DNA from: Malacoraja senta
Lineage: Eukaryota
Direction: 5' to 3'
NCBI GenBank assembly: GCA_038087875.1
Contig: CM075990.1
Span: forward strand, 6,450,001-6,514,000
DNA length: 64,000 nucleotides
A program made the position numbers and the translations under genes. Shown here piece after piece: positions 47,991 through 60,697 of the stretch. Below the pieces are notes generated by a model. It saw only the letters and a program-made list of their open reading frames with translations. It made no database searches and was not told the DNA's origin. Position 1 is the first letter of the stretch. Each line of letters begins with the position of its first letter.

Positions 47991-49411
47991 CTTGTGGCAC
48001 AAGACATGATGCCAATTATTTCAGAGAAGCTGCCAATGAGGAGACAAATCACACTAGTTAATGCACCATGTTACTGTATGCGTGCATTGCCAAACTGACA
48101 CATAGTTACCTGCAAGCAATCCTCAGGGGATCATGTTTAGCAGCAGGTTAGGTGGCTCACCTATGGTATTTAGAAGATAGTTCTTTACAGAGTAAGTCTC
48201 TGATTTCATCGCAGGGAATCTACAGGAGACTGGTATGACAGAAAGAACCACAAGTATTTGCACTTTGTCTAGGACTCAACTACGAGATTGGTGATGTTTT
48301 TGACACACAGAAGAAAAGGACAATAAAGTGAGGGGTACACCAGAGATGCTTCCTGAATGAGGGTGGAGGACAAGAGGTAAAGAGCCTTCGGCAAGACCCC
48401 GGCATATCAGGGGGTTTAGCGATGCATCCTTCTATGTGGACCTTGGTGAGAAGTAATGACTCCAATTCGTTTTGCATGGTCTCCCTTATAATGCATTTAG
48501 GATCGGCCAGAAAGGCTTATTTCTTTCTAAGTACAGAATCATATGATCTTGGATGTGACAGTCATCTACAGGAATTTGGTCAACCATTCAGGAGAATCCG
48601 AGAATAATTAGTCTGAGAATAACTACTAACTAGTCATAGAATCTGTTTGGTGCTTACTCAAGGTATCACTCAAATGCAACAATCCCAACCACTGCTGCAG
48701 AGCAGGACAGAGGTGCTCTGGTGTCCCGATGGTGATCAACTTTAGTAAGCCAGAGGAAGGCATATTTCCCAGCTTACATTTCCCAGTGGTTCAATGGTTC
48801 CTTATCATCACATGCACCAAGGTACAGTGACATTTTTTTTTTTGCATTCAAATCAGTAAGGTTATTGCCATATATAAGTACAATCCCTGATTAAGTACAG
48901 AATGGATTAAGTGTAGAATGGATTAAGTACAAAACAGTCCACTGAGTCCATATGCAGGAGTTGTCAGATTTTGGCGCAAATATCAAAGTCCAAGCTGCAG
49001 CTGACCCTAATGGCCCATTGCAGCCATCACCTCCGTCCGTATTGTCCCGCAAACTGGTGTCCCTCTCCTCGCCCGGCCACCTTCTGCCTTTGTGCCCAGG
49101 GGGAGCTTCCTATGGCGAGCTTAAGGCTGCGGAAGGTAAGACCCCTGGTTCTTCTTTACTAACAAGAACAAATAGGGACCTGGCGGGGGAGGGGAGGGGG
49201 TGGGGGGGGGGGGGCTGAGAACAAAGACCAACATGATACTAATACTTACTTTTGTAACTTTGTTTGCGCCAGAAATGTGGCAACTTTTTGAATACTTTTT
49301 CTACCTCATGAAAAACCAAAGAATCTCACTGAACCTAGGTACATGTGTCAATAATCAATCATTGAATCATTGCGTGCTCATTTACCCCTGGACTGCGCTG
49401 CCACAGTCGAT

Positions 49412-49542
49412 GTGGGGAAAACCCACACAGGTCACGGGGAGAACGTACAAACTCCGTACAGACAGCACCTACAATATAGTCGGGATTGAACCCGGATCCC
49501 TGGAGCTGCAAGGCAGCAACTCCACCGCTGCGCCACCGTGCC
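49412..49542 (-). mobile_element. V-SINE 5' half
   Basis: Reverse head and V-domain. Confidence 0.8.
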
Positions 49543-49606
49543 ACTCTGTGAGGCGTGGCTGTTGACAGCAACATCCCAGAGTGAACAGTTGCTGCACTGG
49601 GCTAAA

Positions 49607-49895
49607 AGAAGCAAAATAGTGGCGGAACTCAGCGGGCTAGGCAGCATCTGTGGAGAGAGTTAGACAATCGATGTTTTGGGTCAGGACCCTTCTTCAGGCT
49701 GGTGGGGTAGAGGGGAGAAAGCTCCTAAAGAGGAGTGAGGGGAGGGAGTGTGGCAAGAAATGGCAACTGATAGGGTCTGAAGAAGGGTCTCGACCCGAAA
49801 CATCGCCTATCCAGTCTGGAGAAGTGTCCCAACCCAAACTGTAACCTATCTACATTCTCCAGAGATGCTGCCTGAACCGCTGAGCTACTCCAGCA
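49607..49895. mobile_element. Fold-back PLE repeat with near-intact hammerhead motif
   Basis: gggt-ctgaagaagggtctcgacccgaaacatc at 49773-49804. Confidence 0.8.
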
Positions 49896-50365
49896 ATAAT
49901 TCCCAGGGCCCGACCATTCAATGTGACTTCCCAAAATACGCTTCGCAATTATCTGCATTGAACTCCATTCTTCAGCCCACTTGCCCAGCTGATCCAGAGC
50001 CTGCAGTAATTTTGGTGATGCAAAGGCTGTCCTTCGCCATGCGTTAGGTCCTTGATGTTGGTGCAATGTTGAATACAAGTTTTGGGGCTGAACTCCTTAC
50101 ATTCATCCCCATAACTGTGTCCTCCCCATGATTTTCCCTCTTAGTTCAGAGGGCATTCGGTGCTCTGGGGGCATCTTTTCTCTTCTTCCTTCTGAGGCTT
50201 CCTGTGCTATGTTGGAAAATGGTGGAGTCAACTCTCTATCACCTAACAAGCGAACTCACCTCTGCAATGATTTCACCACTGACTGTGAGCACATTGCTCA
50301 CCCACTCTCCAGTGGGAACAGCAGCTCATATTTTGCTTGGGCAGCATACAGCCCAGTGGTATCAA

Positions 50366-50678
50366 TATTGGTTTCTCTCACTTCAAGTAGCCCTAGCATT
50401 CCCTCTCTCTATATCCCTCCCCCACTCAAGCCACATTAGCTTCTCGTTTTCACCCAACAAACAGCGAACAATGGCCAGTTTCCTTTATCATCGTTACATT
50501 TTTGCATATCTTTCATTCATTGTTCTTCATGTTTCTCTACATCATCGTCTGTATCTCTCGTTTCTCTTTACCCTGACTAGTCTGAAGAAGGGTCTCGACC
50601 CAAAACATCACCCATTCCTTCTCTTTAGAGATGCTGCCTGTCCTGCTGGGTTACTCCAGCTTTTTGAATCTATCTTCT
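50366..50678 (+). mobile_element. PLE 3' end (ORF end, UTR, hammerhead motif, repeat)
   Basis: IGFSHFK*, then a UTR homologous to 42740-42860 reversed, then ctgaagaagggtctcgacccaaaacatc at 50582. Confidence 0.85.
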
Positions 50679-50789
50679 GTTAATGGGCGCAGGCTGGTTT
50701 GAAACAGTGGATGAGATGAACCTGTGCCAGTTAATACCCCAGTACAGTGAACACTAAGGTCATGGGCATCACCTTCTGGGTCAACCAGC

Positions 50790-51140
50790 TGTGGCAATGT
50801 AATGGTTAAGTTACTGGGCTACAAACTAACGGCTTGGAACCTTAACCCAGTTAAAGGAGTTATAATCCCTTTCCAGAAACAGGGGAATTTAAATTCATAT
50901 AATTAAATAAATCTGTATTTCTTCCAAATATAAGATAACCATGAAACCGCTAGTTTGTTGTGAAGTTCCATCTGGTTCTCGAATATCAAGAGAGGAAAAA
51001 CAACTGTCACCCCTTCCTAATCTGACCCTTATGTCACTCCAGTGCCACTGAGGTGGTCAACTGTTGACTGGCCCTTCAGTTCAGAGCCATTTTCGGATGT
51101 GCGAAGAGTGCTGGCATTGCCAGCGAAGCCCACATCCAGC
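50790..51140 (+). mobile_element. Old tRNA-derived SINE relic of a second family
   Basis: Degenerate tRNA-like head, gaatttaaattcat core (also at about 19985), tail gctggcattgccagcgaagcccacatcc. Confidence 0.5.
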
Positions 51141-51704
51141 AAGCCATGTGCAAGAGAAACAAACTTCCCCATTGTTCGACGGGGCTATTTCAGAAAGCCA
51201 GCTCTTTGACTGAGATTTTTGTCACTTGCCTCAAAGGCTCATGTGGTTTTTGGTCAACTTTTCTTCATGTGGTTTGCATCTTGGCAACTTTGGCCTTATT
51301 GATGGAGCTGTATAAATACAACTTGCTGTTGTTTTTTATCCAGCAAACAAGTCAAGTTGTCATATGTTCAGTTTAGTTAGTTCAGTTTAGTTTATTGTCA
51401 CATGTACCGAGGAGCAGTGAAAGGCTTTTAAGGCGTGCTAGTCAGTCAGCGGAAAGACAATACATGATTACAACCGAGCCACTTACAATGTACAGATACG
51501 TGATAAGGGAATAACATTTAATGCAAGGTAGTCCGAGGGTCACCAATGAGGCACCAATATGCATCAGAAAGGCGAGGTGCAGGTACAATGAAAATCTTGC
51601 TTGCAGCAGCATCACAGACATATAGACTAAAGCAAACACACAAAATAAATTATTCATAATTTTACATTGTAGACTTTCAGGATAAAGTCTGCATAAAGCC
51701 TAGG

Positions 51705-51985
51705 AGTGGCATGGTGGCGCAGCGGTAGAGTTGCTGCCTTACGGTGCTGGAGATCCGAGTTTGATCCTGACTACGGGTGCTGTCTGTACGGAGTTTCCCT
51801 GTGACCTGCGTGAGTTTTCTCCGAGATCTTCGGTTTCCTCCCACACTCCAAAGACGTACAGGTTTGCAGGTAAATTGACTTGGCATAAATGTAAAAATTG
51901 TCCCTGGTGTGTGTAGGGATCGCTGGTGGGCGCAGACCCGGTGGGCCGAAGGTCCTGTTTCCGCGCTGTATCCTTAAAACTAAAA
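51705..51985 (+). mobile_element. HE1-type V-SINE
   Basis: A/B boxes, V-domain, tail. Confidence 0.9.
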
Positions 51986-52702
51986 CGACATTAGTTTATA
52001 AGACAGTGAAAAGATAAACCCTGATAAAAACAAGCCATCCGTGCAAAACACAATTAGAAAATAAGTCCAAGAGGTGGCTGTAGTGTCACGTTGCTGAAGT
52101 AGGATGAAGGTTTTGTAGGTCGATTCAAGAATTTGATGGTTGTAGGAAAGTAGCTGCCCCTGAACCTGGTGGTTTGGGACTTCAGGCTTCAGATAAGGTT
52201 GGAGGGAAGACAGCCGGACATGATATAATCAGAAATGGTCTGAGAGATAATGGCCTGGTGCTCATCCGTGGGGTCATGGTCCAGGGGTGAGTAGGAGGAG
52301 ACGCCTGGCCTCAGCCCGGTAGAGATGTCTGCCAGATTACCACAGCGTTATCCCATTCTACCATCATGGGAACAATACAGTTATGGAACCAATGGAGACT
52401 TCTTGTGTTTGGCAACCTGGTTGTTGTAGTGAATCAGTGGTCTCCATTGTGTGAATGTGTTCCTAATGCCCCAGTTTATTTAGTTATGGACAATGCCACC
52501 TGTTCCTTCAAATACATTCAGCGCAGCGGGGCAGTTAGTGGAGCTGCTGCCTCATTGCACCAGAGAGCTGGTTCAATCCTGACCTGTCTGTGTGGAGTTT
52601 GCACGTTCTTCCCTGTGTCTCCGTGGGTTTCCTCCGAGTGTTTCCTCCCACGTAAAAAAGTTGTGCAGTCTGGTAGGAATTGGTTGCTGTAGAGTGCCCA
52701 TA

Positions 52703-52828
52703 GTGTGTAGGAAGGAACTGCAGATGCTGCCGAAGATCGACACAAAAAGCTGGAGTAACTCAGCAGGACAGACAGCATCTCTGGAGAGAAGGAATGGGTG
52801 ACATTTCGGGTCGAGACCCCTCTTCTGA
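52703..52828 (-). mobile_element. Solo PLE terminal repeat inside an old V-SINE (about 52518-52985)
   Basis: gtaggaaggaactgcagatgctg...gggtgacatttcgggtcgagaccc. Confidence 0.8.
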
Positions 52829-54651
52829 CCTTAGTATGTAGGTGAGTGCTAGAATCCGGAGTTAGTTGAGAATTTAGGGTGATTCAATAAAATAGGAGAA
52901 ATGAAGTATTAATATAGGCAGGTGGTTGGTGTGAACTCAATGAGCTGAAGGGCCTATTCCCATGCTGTATAAATCCATGACTCTTAGACAGTACGATTAG
53001 TCATTACTGTCAAACTTGATTATATCAACTCTACAGAACCTCTGATCCTCCTCCTTTCTTTTCTAATGGAAGAACGTTCGGCACATTCACCCCAGCTCAC
53101 TGCAGAAAGAATATTGCTGCCATGGCCATTTACCAAGGCATATTTCGAGCAATTTGCTCCGCTGATGTAGTTCAAAAACACAACATTCTGAAGTCAATCT
53201 TAAATCACAGCAGGTTTAGGAAAAGCTGTATATGACTGAGGGGCACATTCCAGATGGACAAACTAAATCCAGCAAAGATTTCATACAATGGGAGGGGAAA
53301 AAAACACAGCACAAAAGGCACATTATTAAATAGCTGCAATCTTTTCTTCCCCCAGCAACGTATGTGAGTGAGTCAAATACTTATTAGCTGAGTGGAACAA
53401 TGATCGGTGCCTGTGTTGTTGTTAATGAGAGTAACACCCTTGGCTTCTGGCTAAATCCCTCGCTTGCTGTAAAAAAGCTACCTCTGATTAAAAGGTAATT
53501 TCTTCCCCCCCCCCCCCCCCCCCCCGCCCCCCATCCTCGCAATGCTCATTTCTAGTCTCCAGCAGTTAGTGGCCACCTGCTCCCTTTATGCTGCCTCCAT
53601 TCTTTGGCTGCTTTCTTGAAGAGATCTCACAAAGTCCGCCTTTAGGTTGTATCAGACCACACAGTCACTCCTTGCTTCAGGGTATCCCATTACCATGAAA
53701 CACTTCTGCATTGCAATAGTGAGAACCTTACCTACACAACCCTTATTAACCTCAACGCCTGACAACTAGGACTTTGTTTTGCTCAGGTGTTCTTCACACA
53801 ACTTTGCAAAAACCCCTTCAATGTTTTTGAACCAAATTAACAGAATGAACCAGATTGATGCAAAGACTGTGAATGGTCTGAATTACCCAGCATGTCACCC
53901 CTTTTTGTATTTATCTGCAGCATGAAAGTAGATTATAGTTTTATGATTTTGATTCTTAAGAGTTATGAATCGTGTTGTGTGATGCCTTTAGTTTGGTTAG
54001 TTTAGTTCAGTTTATTAGAGTTAGATAGAGCTCTTAAAAATAGCGGAGTCAGGGGATATGGGGAGAAGGCAGGAACGGGGTACTGATTGTGTATGATCAG
54101 CCATGATCACATTGAATGGCTCGAAGGGCCGAATGGCCTACTCCTGCACCTGTTGTCTACTGTCTATTATTATTGTCACATGTACTGAGAAACTGTGAAA
54201 GGCTTTTTTGTTGTGTGCTATCCAATCAGCTAAAAGACGATACAGGATTACAATCAAGCTGTCCACAGTGTACAGATACAGGATAAAGGGATGTAACATA
54301 AGTGCAAGTATAATATTAGTGCAAGTATAATGTTAGTGCACTGGAAATTCCATTCAGATGATTCATTTGTTTCTTTGCTTAAAGATCGATGCCTCAGTTA
54401 AACTGTGGCGATGAGAGTTAGGTACAGATCTGATGCTGACTATGTAAAAACTCGCAAACACTTGCTAAGAGAAGATTTCAACAGGTTTTGTGAGAAACAA
54501 CTGTGTATCTCATGGAAATATGAACACGAACCGCTGGAAACACTCAGCAGGTCAGGCAGCATCCGTGGAGAGAGAAACGAGAGTTGCTCTATCAGGCTTG
54601 TCACATTTCAACTGACTTAGTCCCTTAATAACATCGGAGGAGATGAGATAA

Positions 54652-54943
54652 TTTAGTTTTAGAGATACAGCACGGAAACAGGCCCTTCGGCCCACCGAGT
54701 CCACACCGACCAGCGATCCCCACACATTAACACTACCCTACACAAACTAGGGACAATGTTACATTTCTACCAAACCAATTAACCCACAAACCTGGACGTT
54801 TTTAGAGTGTGGGAGGAAACCGAAGATCTTGGCGAAAACCCTCACAGGTCACAGGGAGAACGTACAAACTTCGTACAGACAAGCAAGTTCGAACCCGGGT
54901 CTCTGGTGCTGTAAGGCAGTAGCTCTACTGCTACGCCACCATG
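54652..54943 (-). mobile_element. HE1-type V-SINE
   Basis: Full reverse copy. Confidence 0.9.
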
Positions 54944-55802
54944 TCGATAGGGAGTGTGGTCAAGGAGGGATTTGAAAAGAAGGTTCAGAATTTTAAGACA
55001 GAATTGCTTAACCGAGAGCCAATGCAGTTAAGAGGTCACAGAGCAGATAGGTAAACTGGATGATGCAATGTCAGAAAATATGATTCAGGACTCATTACAC
55101 AGGCTGCTACATAGCCCAGCAAATGTTCCCAAATATAACAGCACTGTCCTTAACTTCTGCTGGTAGCTTCAATCCTTATATCAATCCAACTGTGTAAATA
55201 AATGAACATGATATGTAATATCGTGTGAGGTGTGCATGTGCTCAATTGTTATCAATCTACCATGCGTTCAATTATGGAATGAAGCAAAGAACAAAATATC
55301 TGAAAAGCATTTTCTTTCTCTGTGCAGCTTTACGAAGGTTTCTATTGCGAAAGCACATGTGAAAGTAGAAATATATTCAATATCCTTGTCTTGAATAATT
55401 TAGTGTCCATCCAAAATTTACTCTGATTTTATCAATAATTTGAACTGTTTCTTGTGGCATTAAACTATTTTGGGATATAGTGCATGGGTTACTTGAGACA
55501 TCGTGAATATAGCAAAGGGTTGGGGAAGTGCAGGACTTTGTATCAATGTTATTATTTGGAGTTTTAGAATCCCTTCAACCCTCACCTAATCTACCACTCA
55601 CTTACCCACACCAGGAGATAATTAATTTACAATGCAAAATTAATTCACCAATCTTTGGGATGTGGGAGAGGGTGGAGCATGTAGAGAAAACTCATGGCAT
55701 TGTAGGGAGAACATAATAGCTCCACACAACATTCTACTGTATACTTTTTAAAATATTATTCTAGTAGGCTTATTGTAACAGTTTATGTTTTTATGTTTAG
55801 AA

Positions 55803-56195
55803 ATATAGAAACATAGAAATTAGGTGCAGGAGTAGGCCATTCGGCCCTTCAAGCCTGCACCGCCATTCAATATGATCATGGCTGATCATCCAACTCAGTA
55901 TCCCGTACCTGCCTTCTCTCCATACCCTCTGATCCCTTTAGCCACAAGGGCCACATCTAACTCCCTCTTAAATATAGCCAATGAACTGGCCTCAACTAGC
56001 CTCTGTGGCAGAGAGTTCCAGAGATTCACCACTCTCTGTGTGAAAAAAGTTCTTCTCATCTCGGTTTTAAAGGATTTCCCCCTTATCCTTAAGCTGTGAC
56101 CCCTTGTCCTGGACTTCCCCAACATCGGGAGCAATCTTCCTGCATCTAGCCTGTCCAACCCCTTAAGAATTTTGTACGTTTCTATAAGATCCCCT
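55803..56195 (-). mobile_element. Young CR1/HER1 3' fragment
   Basis: ORF LDRLDAGRLLPMLGKSRTRGHSLRIRGKSFKTEMRRTFFTQRVVNLWNSLPQ...GYGEKAGTGY. Confidence 0.92.
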
Positions 56196-57585
56196 TATAG
56201 AATATAACAGCAGATTCAGATACGGTAAGTAAATGCAAATCTGAGGGTGATGTATGCAGAAATGGTGGTGTGTTACGATTGCTATCTGTGTGGAGTTTGC
56301 ACATTCTCTCTGTGACCGCGTGGGTTTCCTCTGGGTACTTCAGTTTCCTCTAACATCGAAAAGACATGCCGGTTTGTAGGTTAATTGGTCTCTGTAAATT
56401 GCCCCTAGTGTGTAAGGAGTGGATGAGAAAGTGTGAGAACTAGTGTGAATGTGTGATGGATGATCGGCTTGGACTCGGTGGGCTGAAGGAGCTGTTTCCG
56501 TGCTGGAATGTTCACAGTTCATTTAAACATCCTTCTCACTGAATCTGATGAACATTGCTTTTTATTCGATTGCTTTTTATCCGATTTTTTCCTTGGCTTT
56601 TTCAGGACACCCTTAAAGACAATTCCAGAAGAAACTGGCAGCTCGATCGGGCTGGAAATGATATTAAGCAGGCTTTCACAGCCCAGCAGAAGCAAATTAA
56701 GCAAAACAAAAGTTAGAAAGAAAACAAATGTGACTGACCATAGCCAGACATCCTGTGAGGAAGTGAAAGAAAAGTTTGTTGAAGTCAAATGAGTTCTGAA
56801 TCATTAAAGATTCAGTGCCTAGTACTGTAGTAGAGCTAACATACTTAAAGCTTGATCAAACTGCTGTTGGCGACAAAACATGGTGGTGATGATGTGAATC
56901 TACAGGCAAGCCAGCAGCTGCAAATACAAGTTCCAAAACTGAAGGAACTGAATTCAATATATCTGCTCATCCCTGGAAGAATACCAAGAAAATATGGCCA
57001 AGAATTTTTGACCAAGAATGTCTGAAGAAGGCGCCGACCCGATTTGTCGCTTATCCATTTCTTCCACGGATGCTTCCTGACCTGGTGAGTTGCTGGTGTT
57101 TCTCTGTCGACCAAGAACTTATATGGATTTCATTATTCCCTAAGGTCATCTGTGAAATAATGGAAGAAAATCCCCCAAAACGCTCAGCGTCTGTGGAGGG
57201 AGAAACAGAGGTAACATTTTAGGTTCATGACTTTTCATCAGTCCCTTCATAGTGTCGGAGGAATTAGAGATGCGGGGAGAGGTGAGGTCAAGGAGGAATT
57301 TGAAAAGAAGGAGAATAATTTTCAAATTAAGGCATTGGTTAAAAAAAAGCCAATGTCAGTGAGAGCAGGGTTTATGGAGAAGGTAGCAGAATTTGGCATA
57401 TCATAGATACATAGATACATAGAAAATAGGTGCAGGAGTAGGCCATTCGGCCCTTCGAGCCTGCACCGCCATTCAATATGATCATGGCTGATCATCCAAC
57501 TCAGTATCCCATTGACTACAGAATGATAAAGCCAAATGCAGGGGTTTGGAGTTTTCAAGGCTGGTGGTAAAAGATGTAGAGGTTT

Positions 57586-57897
57586 GGTCACGGTGGCTCA
57601 GCGGTAGACTTGCTGCCTTACAGCGAATGCAGCGCCGGAGTCCCGGGTTCGATCCCGACTACGGGTGCTGTCTGTACGGAGTTTGTACGTTCTCCCTGTG
57701 ACCTGCGTGGGTTTTCTCCGAGAGCTTCAGTTTCCTCCCACACTTACAGGTTTGTAGGTTAATTGGCTTTGTAAATGTAAAAATTGTCCCTAGTGGGTGT
57801 AGGATAGTGTTAATGTGCGGGGATCGCTGGTCGGCGCGGACCCGGTGGGCCGAAGGGCCTGTTTCCACGCTGTATCTCTAAAACTAAAACTAAAACT
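57586..57897 (+). mobile_element. HE1-type V-SINE
   Basis: A/B boxes, V-domain, tail. Confidence 0.92.
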
Positions 57898-58663
57898 GAG
57901 GCTTCAGCTGCAGATATTTGAAAACTTCCATTAACTACTTACAATACTTAGAAAGAAGGGCTATTTGACTCAAAGTCAAGATCAAGATGAATCAGGAGTG
58001 GAAAGTTTCAATTTAGGTATAAAACCTCTGTAATTGTCCTCTGTAAATTGCCCCTAGTGTGCAGGGAATGGATACCAGAGTGGGATAGCAGAGAACTAGT
58101 GTAAAGAGGTGATCGGTGGCCGGCGTGGACTTGGTGGGCCGAATGGCTTGTTCCCATGCTGCATCTCTGAACTAAACCCAGAAGTAGTTTTCTACGTTTG
58201 GCATTGTTTTTGTCAGTGACACTGGCTCCTGGCACATTATAATGGAAAAGCAACTGTTTTACCATCCAGATTCCCAACCATATTATTAAATCTAAGCCAA
58301 ACCAGAGTACTGAATCCATTTCAAGTACCAATTATTCCTTAATGCGCAACATGTCAACCACAACAGCATGTGGAACAAATAGTCAACATGTTGTGTTATA
58401 TTGTAATTGAAAATAATTTCTTGTGTTGTAACGCATATGTAGCACTTCGAGACTCCACTGGGATGTTTTCTGAAACTCTTGGCTTCCTGATATTTATCCT
58501 CATTATGATCCAGTTTTCCTGATGGTCTGTTTGTCATCAATGAGGACAAACAAAACATCACCGATACAGGAGCCGGGCTCTGGGTTCATTAATCACTTTG
58601 GTAAAGAGAGGGGTGAGGATAATAAAATTCAATGGCCTGCAACATTACATAGGAAGTAAATAA

Positions 58664-58976
58664 TTTAGTTTAGTTTAGACATACAGCGCAGAGGCAGGCC
58701 CTTCGGCCCATCGAGTCCGCACCGACGAGCGATCCCCGCACATTAACATTACCCGATACCCACTAGGGCCAATTTTTTTTAAACATTTACACCAAGCTGA
58801 TTAACCTGCAAACCTGTACATCATTGGAGTGTGGGAGGAAACTGAAGATCTCGGAGAAAACCCACGCTGTCACGGGGAGAACGTACAAACTCCGTACAGA
58901 CAGCACCATAGTCAGGATCGAACCCGGGTCTCTGGCGCTGTGAGGCAGCAACTCTACCGCTGCGCCACTGCGCGCC
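58664..58976 (-). mobile_element. HE1-type V-SINE
   Basis: Full reverse copy. Confidence 0.9.
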
Positions 58977-59579
58977 CTATAATGAGGGCAAGGCCGATTG
59001 TAGCCTGGATAATCCCTCGGGTGGCCAAGGATGAGCTTGAATTAAAGCTAGCCGGCCCTGCTAAAGTGAGCAAGGGCTGGAAGAGCAGCTGATGGCAGGT
59101 ACTCTGATGTGGCATCTGCTCTGGGAACATCTGAAGGTAGTGGCACGACGTGTAAGAGGGTGGCTCCAAGGTGCATTAATGCTGTGCTTGAGATTTGCTG
59201 GATAACGTGAGGATGTGGACAGATATCCCACGTAGGTGAAAGATACAGTAAGAATCAGGCCCTTCGGTCCATCAAGTCCATGCTGTGTCGATACCCTGTT
59301 CACACTTGTTCCTGTGTTATCCCATTTTCATGTCCACTACCTACATGCTTGGGGCAAGTTACAGTGCCCAATTAAGCTAAAAATATGTTCCATGACTTTA
59401 CAGGAATGTGTCTTTAGTTGGCATGTTACAACTAGTTCGGCTCAGACACCACACCTCTGTCACTCACCTACCATCAACCCGCTATCAGGCTAGGCATAAC
59501 TATGATTCTACAATTCACCCTCCTTTACACTGTTTCCTTTCTCTTTATGTTATACTACCTGTTATACTCATGTACAGTA

Positions 59580-59741
59580 TGTGTCGGAAGGAACTGCAGA
59601 TGCTGATTTACACAAAATGCTGGAGTGACTCAGTGGGTCAGGCAGCATCTCTGTAGAAAAGGAATAGGTGATGTTTTAGGTCGAGACCTTTATGAGATAC
59701 TCATGTATTTTAGGTCGAGACCTTTATGAGATACTCATGTA
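59580..59741 (-). mobile_element. PLE terminal repeat with a 34 bp tandem duplication at its junction
   Basis: ttttaggtcgagacctttatgagatactcatgta occurs twice (59674-59707, 59708-59741). atactcatgta also precedes the insert. Confidence 0.8.
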
Positions 59742-60482
59742 TGGTTTAATGCACTCATGTATGGTATGATTTGCCTGGATATCACTGGAATCCATGAGTG
59801 GGTTAAATGAGTCAATATCACAGTCTGTTCCATTTGAATATCCTTAGCATTGTGTTGCTCATCACACTAAGTCACCATGCTGGACGGGCTATCTTGTTTA
59901 CGTGATAACATACATCTTATTCTCAACTCCGTCACAGGAAGACATTGTCAGGTGAACAGAGGAGGCATTGTGCTCAAAGCCTCCTTGTGAAAGACTGCAA
60001 CATCTCCGTTGACCCGTGGCAATTCCCAGCACACTGTTGCTCTCAACTTGGAGAAGGAACTTTCAGGACTTTCAGGATTTCCTAGAATCCAAGAGCCAGG
60101 AGCAAAAGGAGATGTAAGTAGCAGTAGGAACGTCCCAGCCCCCAGGCTGACCCTTCAAACCACTGCCCACCTGTGGACAATTCTGTGGATCGCACAGCAG
60201 TAACATCTGTCACCTTAAAACCCGGAGTGGAATCAAACCGAGAGAGAGTCCAAGATGAAGCATCTTAAAGACTGAGTGTTTAGTTTAGATTAGACATGTA
60301 GAAGATAAGGACAATAAAGAGAGGGTATACCATAGATGTGGGTAGAGGACAAGAGGTAAAGAGCCTTCAGCAAGACCATAGCATGTCAGGGGGTTTCGGG
60401 ATGCATCCTTCTACGTGGACTAATGACTACAATTCCTTTAGCAGCGTCTCATTTACAATGTGTTTAGGATTTACCACAAAGG

Positions 60483-60697
60483 TTTATTTATTTATTTATT
60501 TATTTATTTATTCCGAACAAGTAAAGACATTAAAGACATTAATATTAACAAAATCGAAATTATCCAACAATTGGACATTACAATCAATATTTACAAAGCA
60601 ATGAGAAGAACAAAATCAAAGTTCCAATGTCCAACTCTGTGTCTGTACAAGCTCGAAAAGGAGTGAGAAGAAGAATAACTTATTAAATCTCACCACT
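60483..60697 (-). mobile_element. LINE 3' end (L2/Crack-like) with (TAAA)n tail
   Basis: (ttta)n tail, AT-rich UTR, ataagttattcttcttctcactcc motif. Absent from the paralogous segment at 48310-48535. Confidence 0.55.

Noticed and set aside
47579..48052. 157 aa His/Thr-rich ORF
   Set aside because: Translation of the TG-rich minisatellite.
48952..49218. GC-rich ORF with a strong donor-like site (gaag/gtaaga at about 49135)
   Set aside because: Sandwiched between retroelement tails, with no recognisable protein and no convincing acceptor.
50204..50683. 159 aa hydrophobic ORF
   Set aside because: Runs through the pyrimidine-rich PLE 3' UTR and terminal repeat.
53506..53532. Long poly-C/G runs (also 4527-4546, 10519-10530, 49202-49214) and (GGGGA)n at 3920-3970
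   Set aside because: Simple homopolymer expansions, mostly within repeats. Length may be unreliable in assembly and there is no evidence of function.
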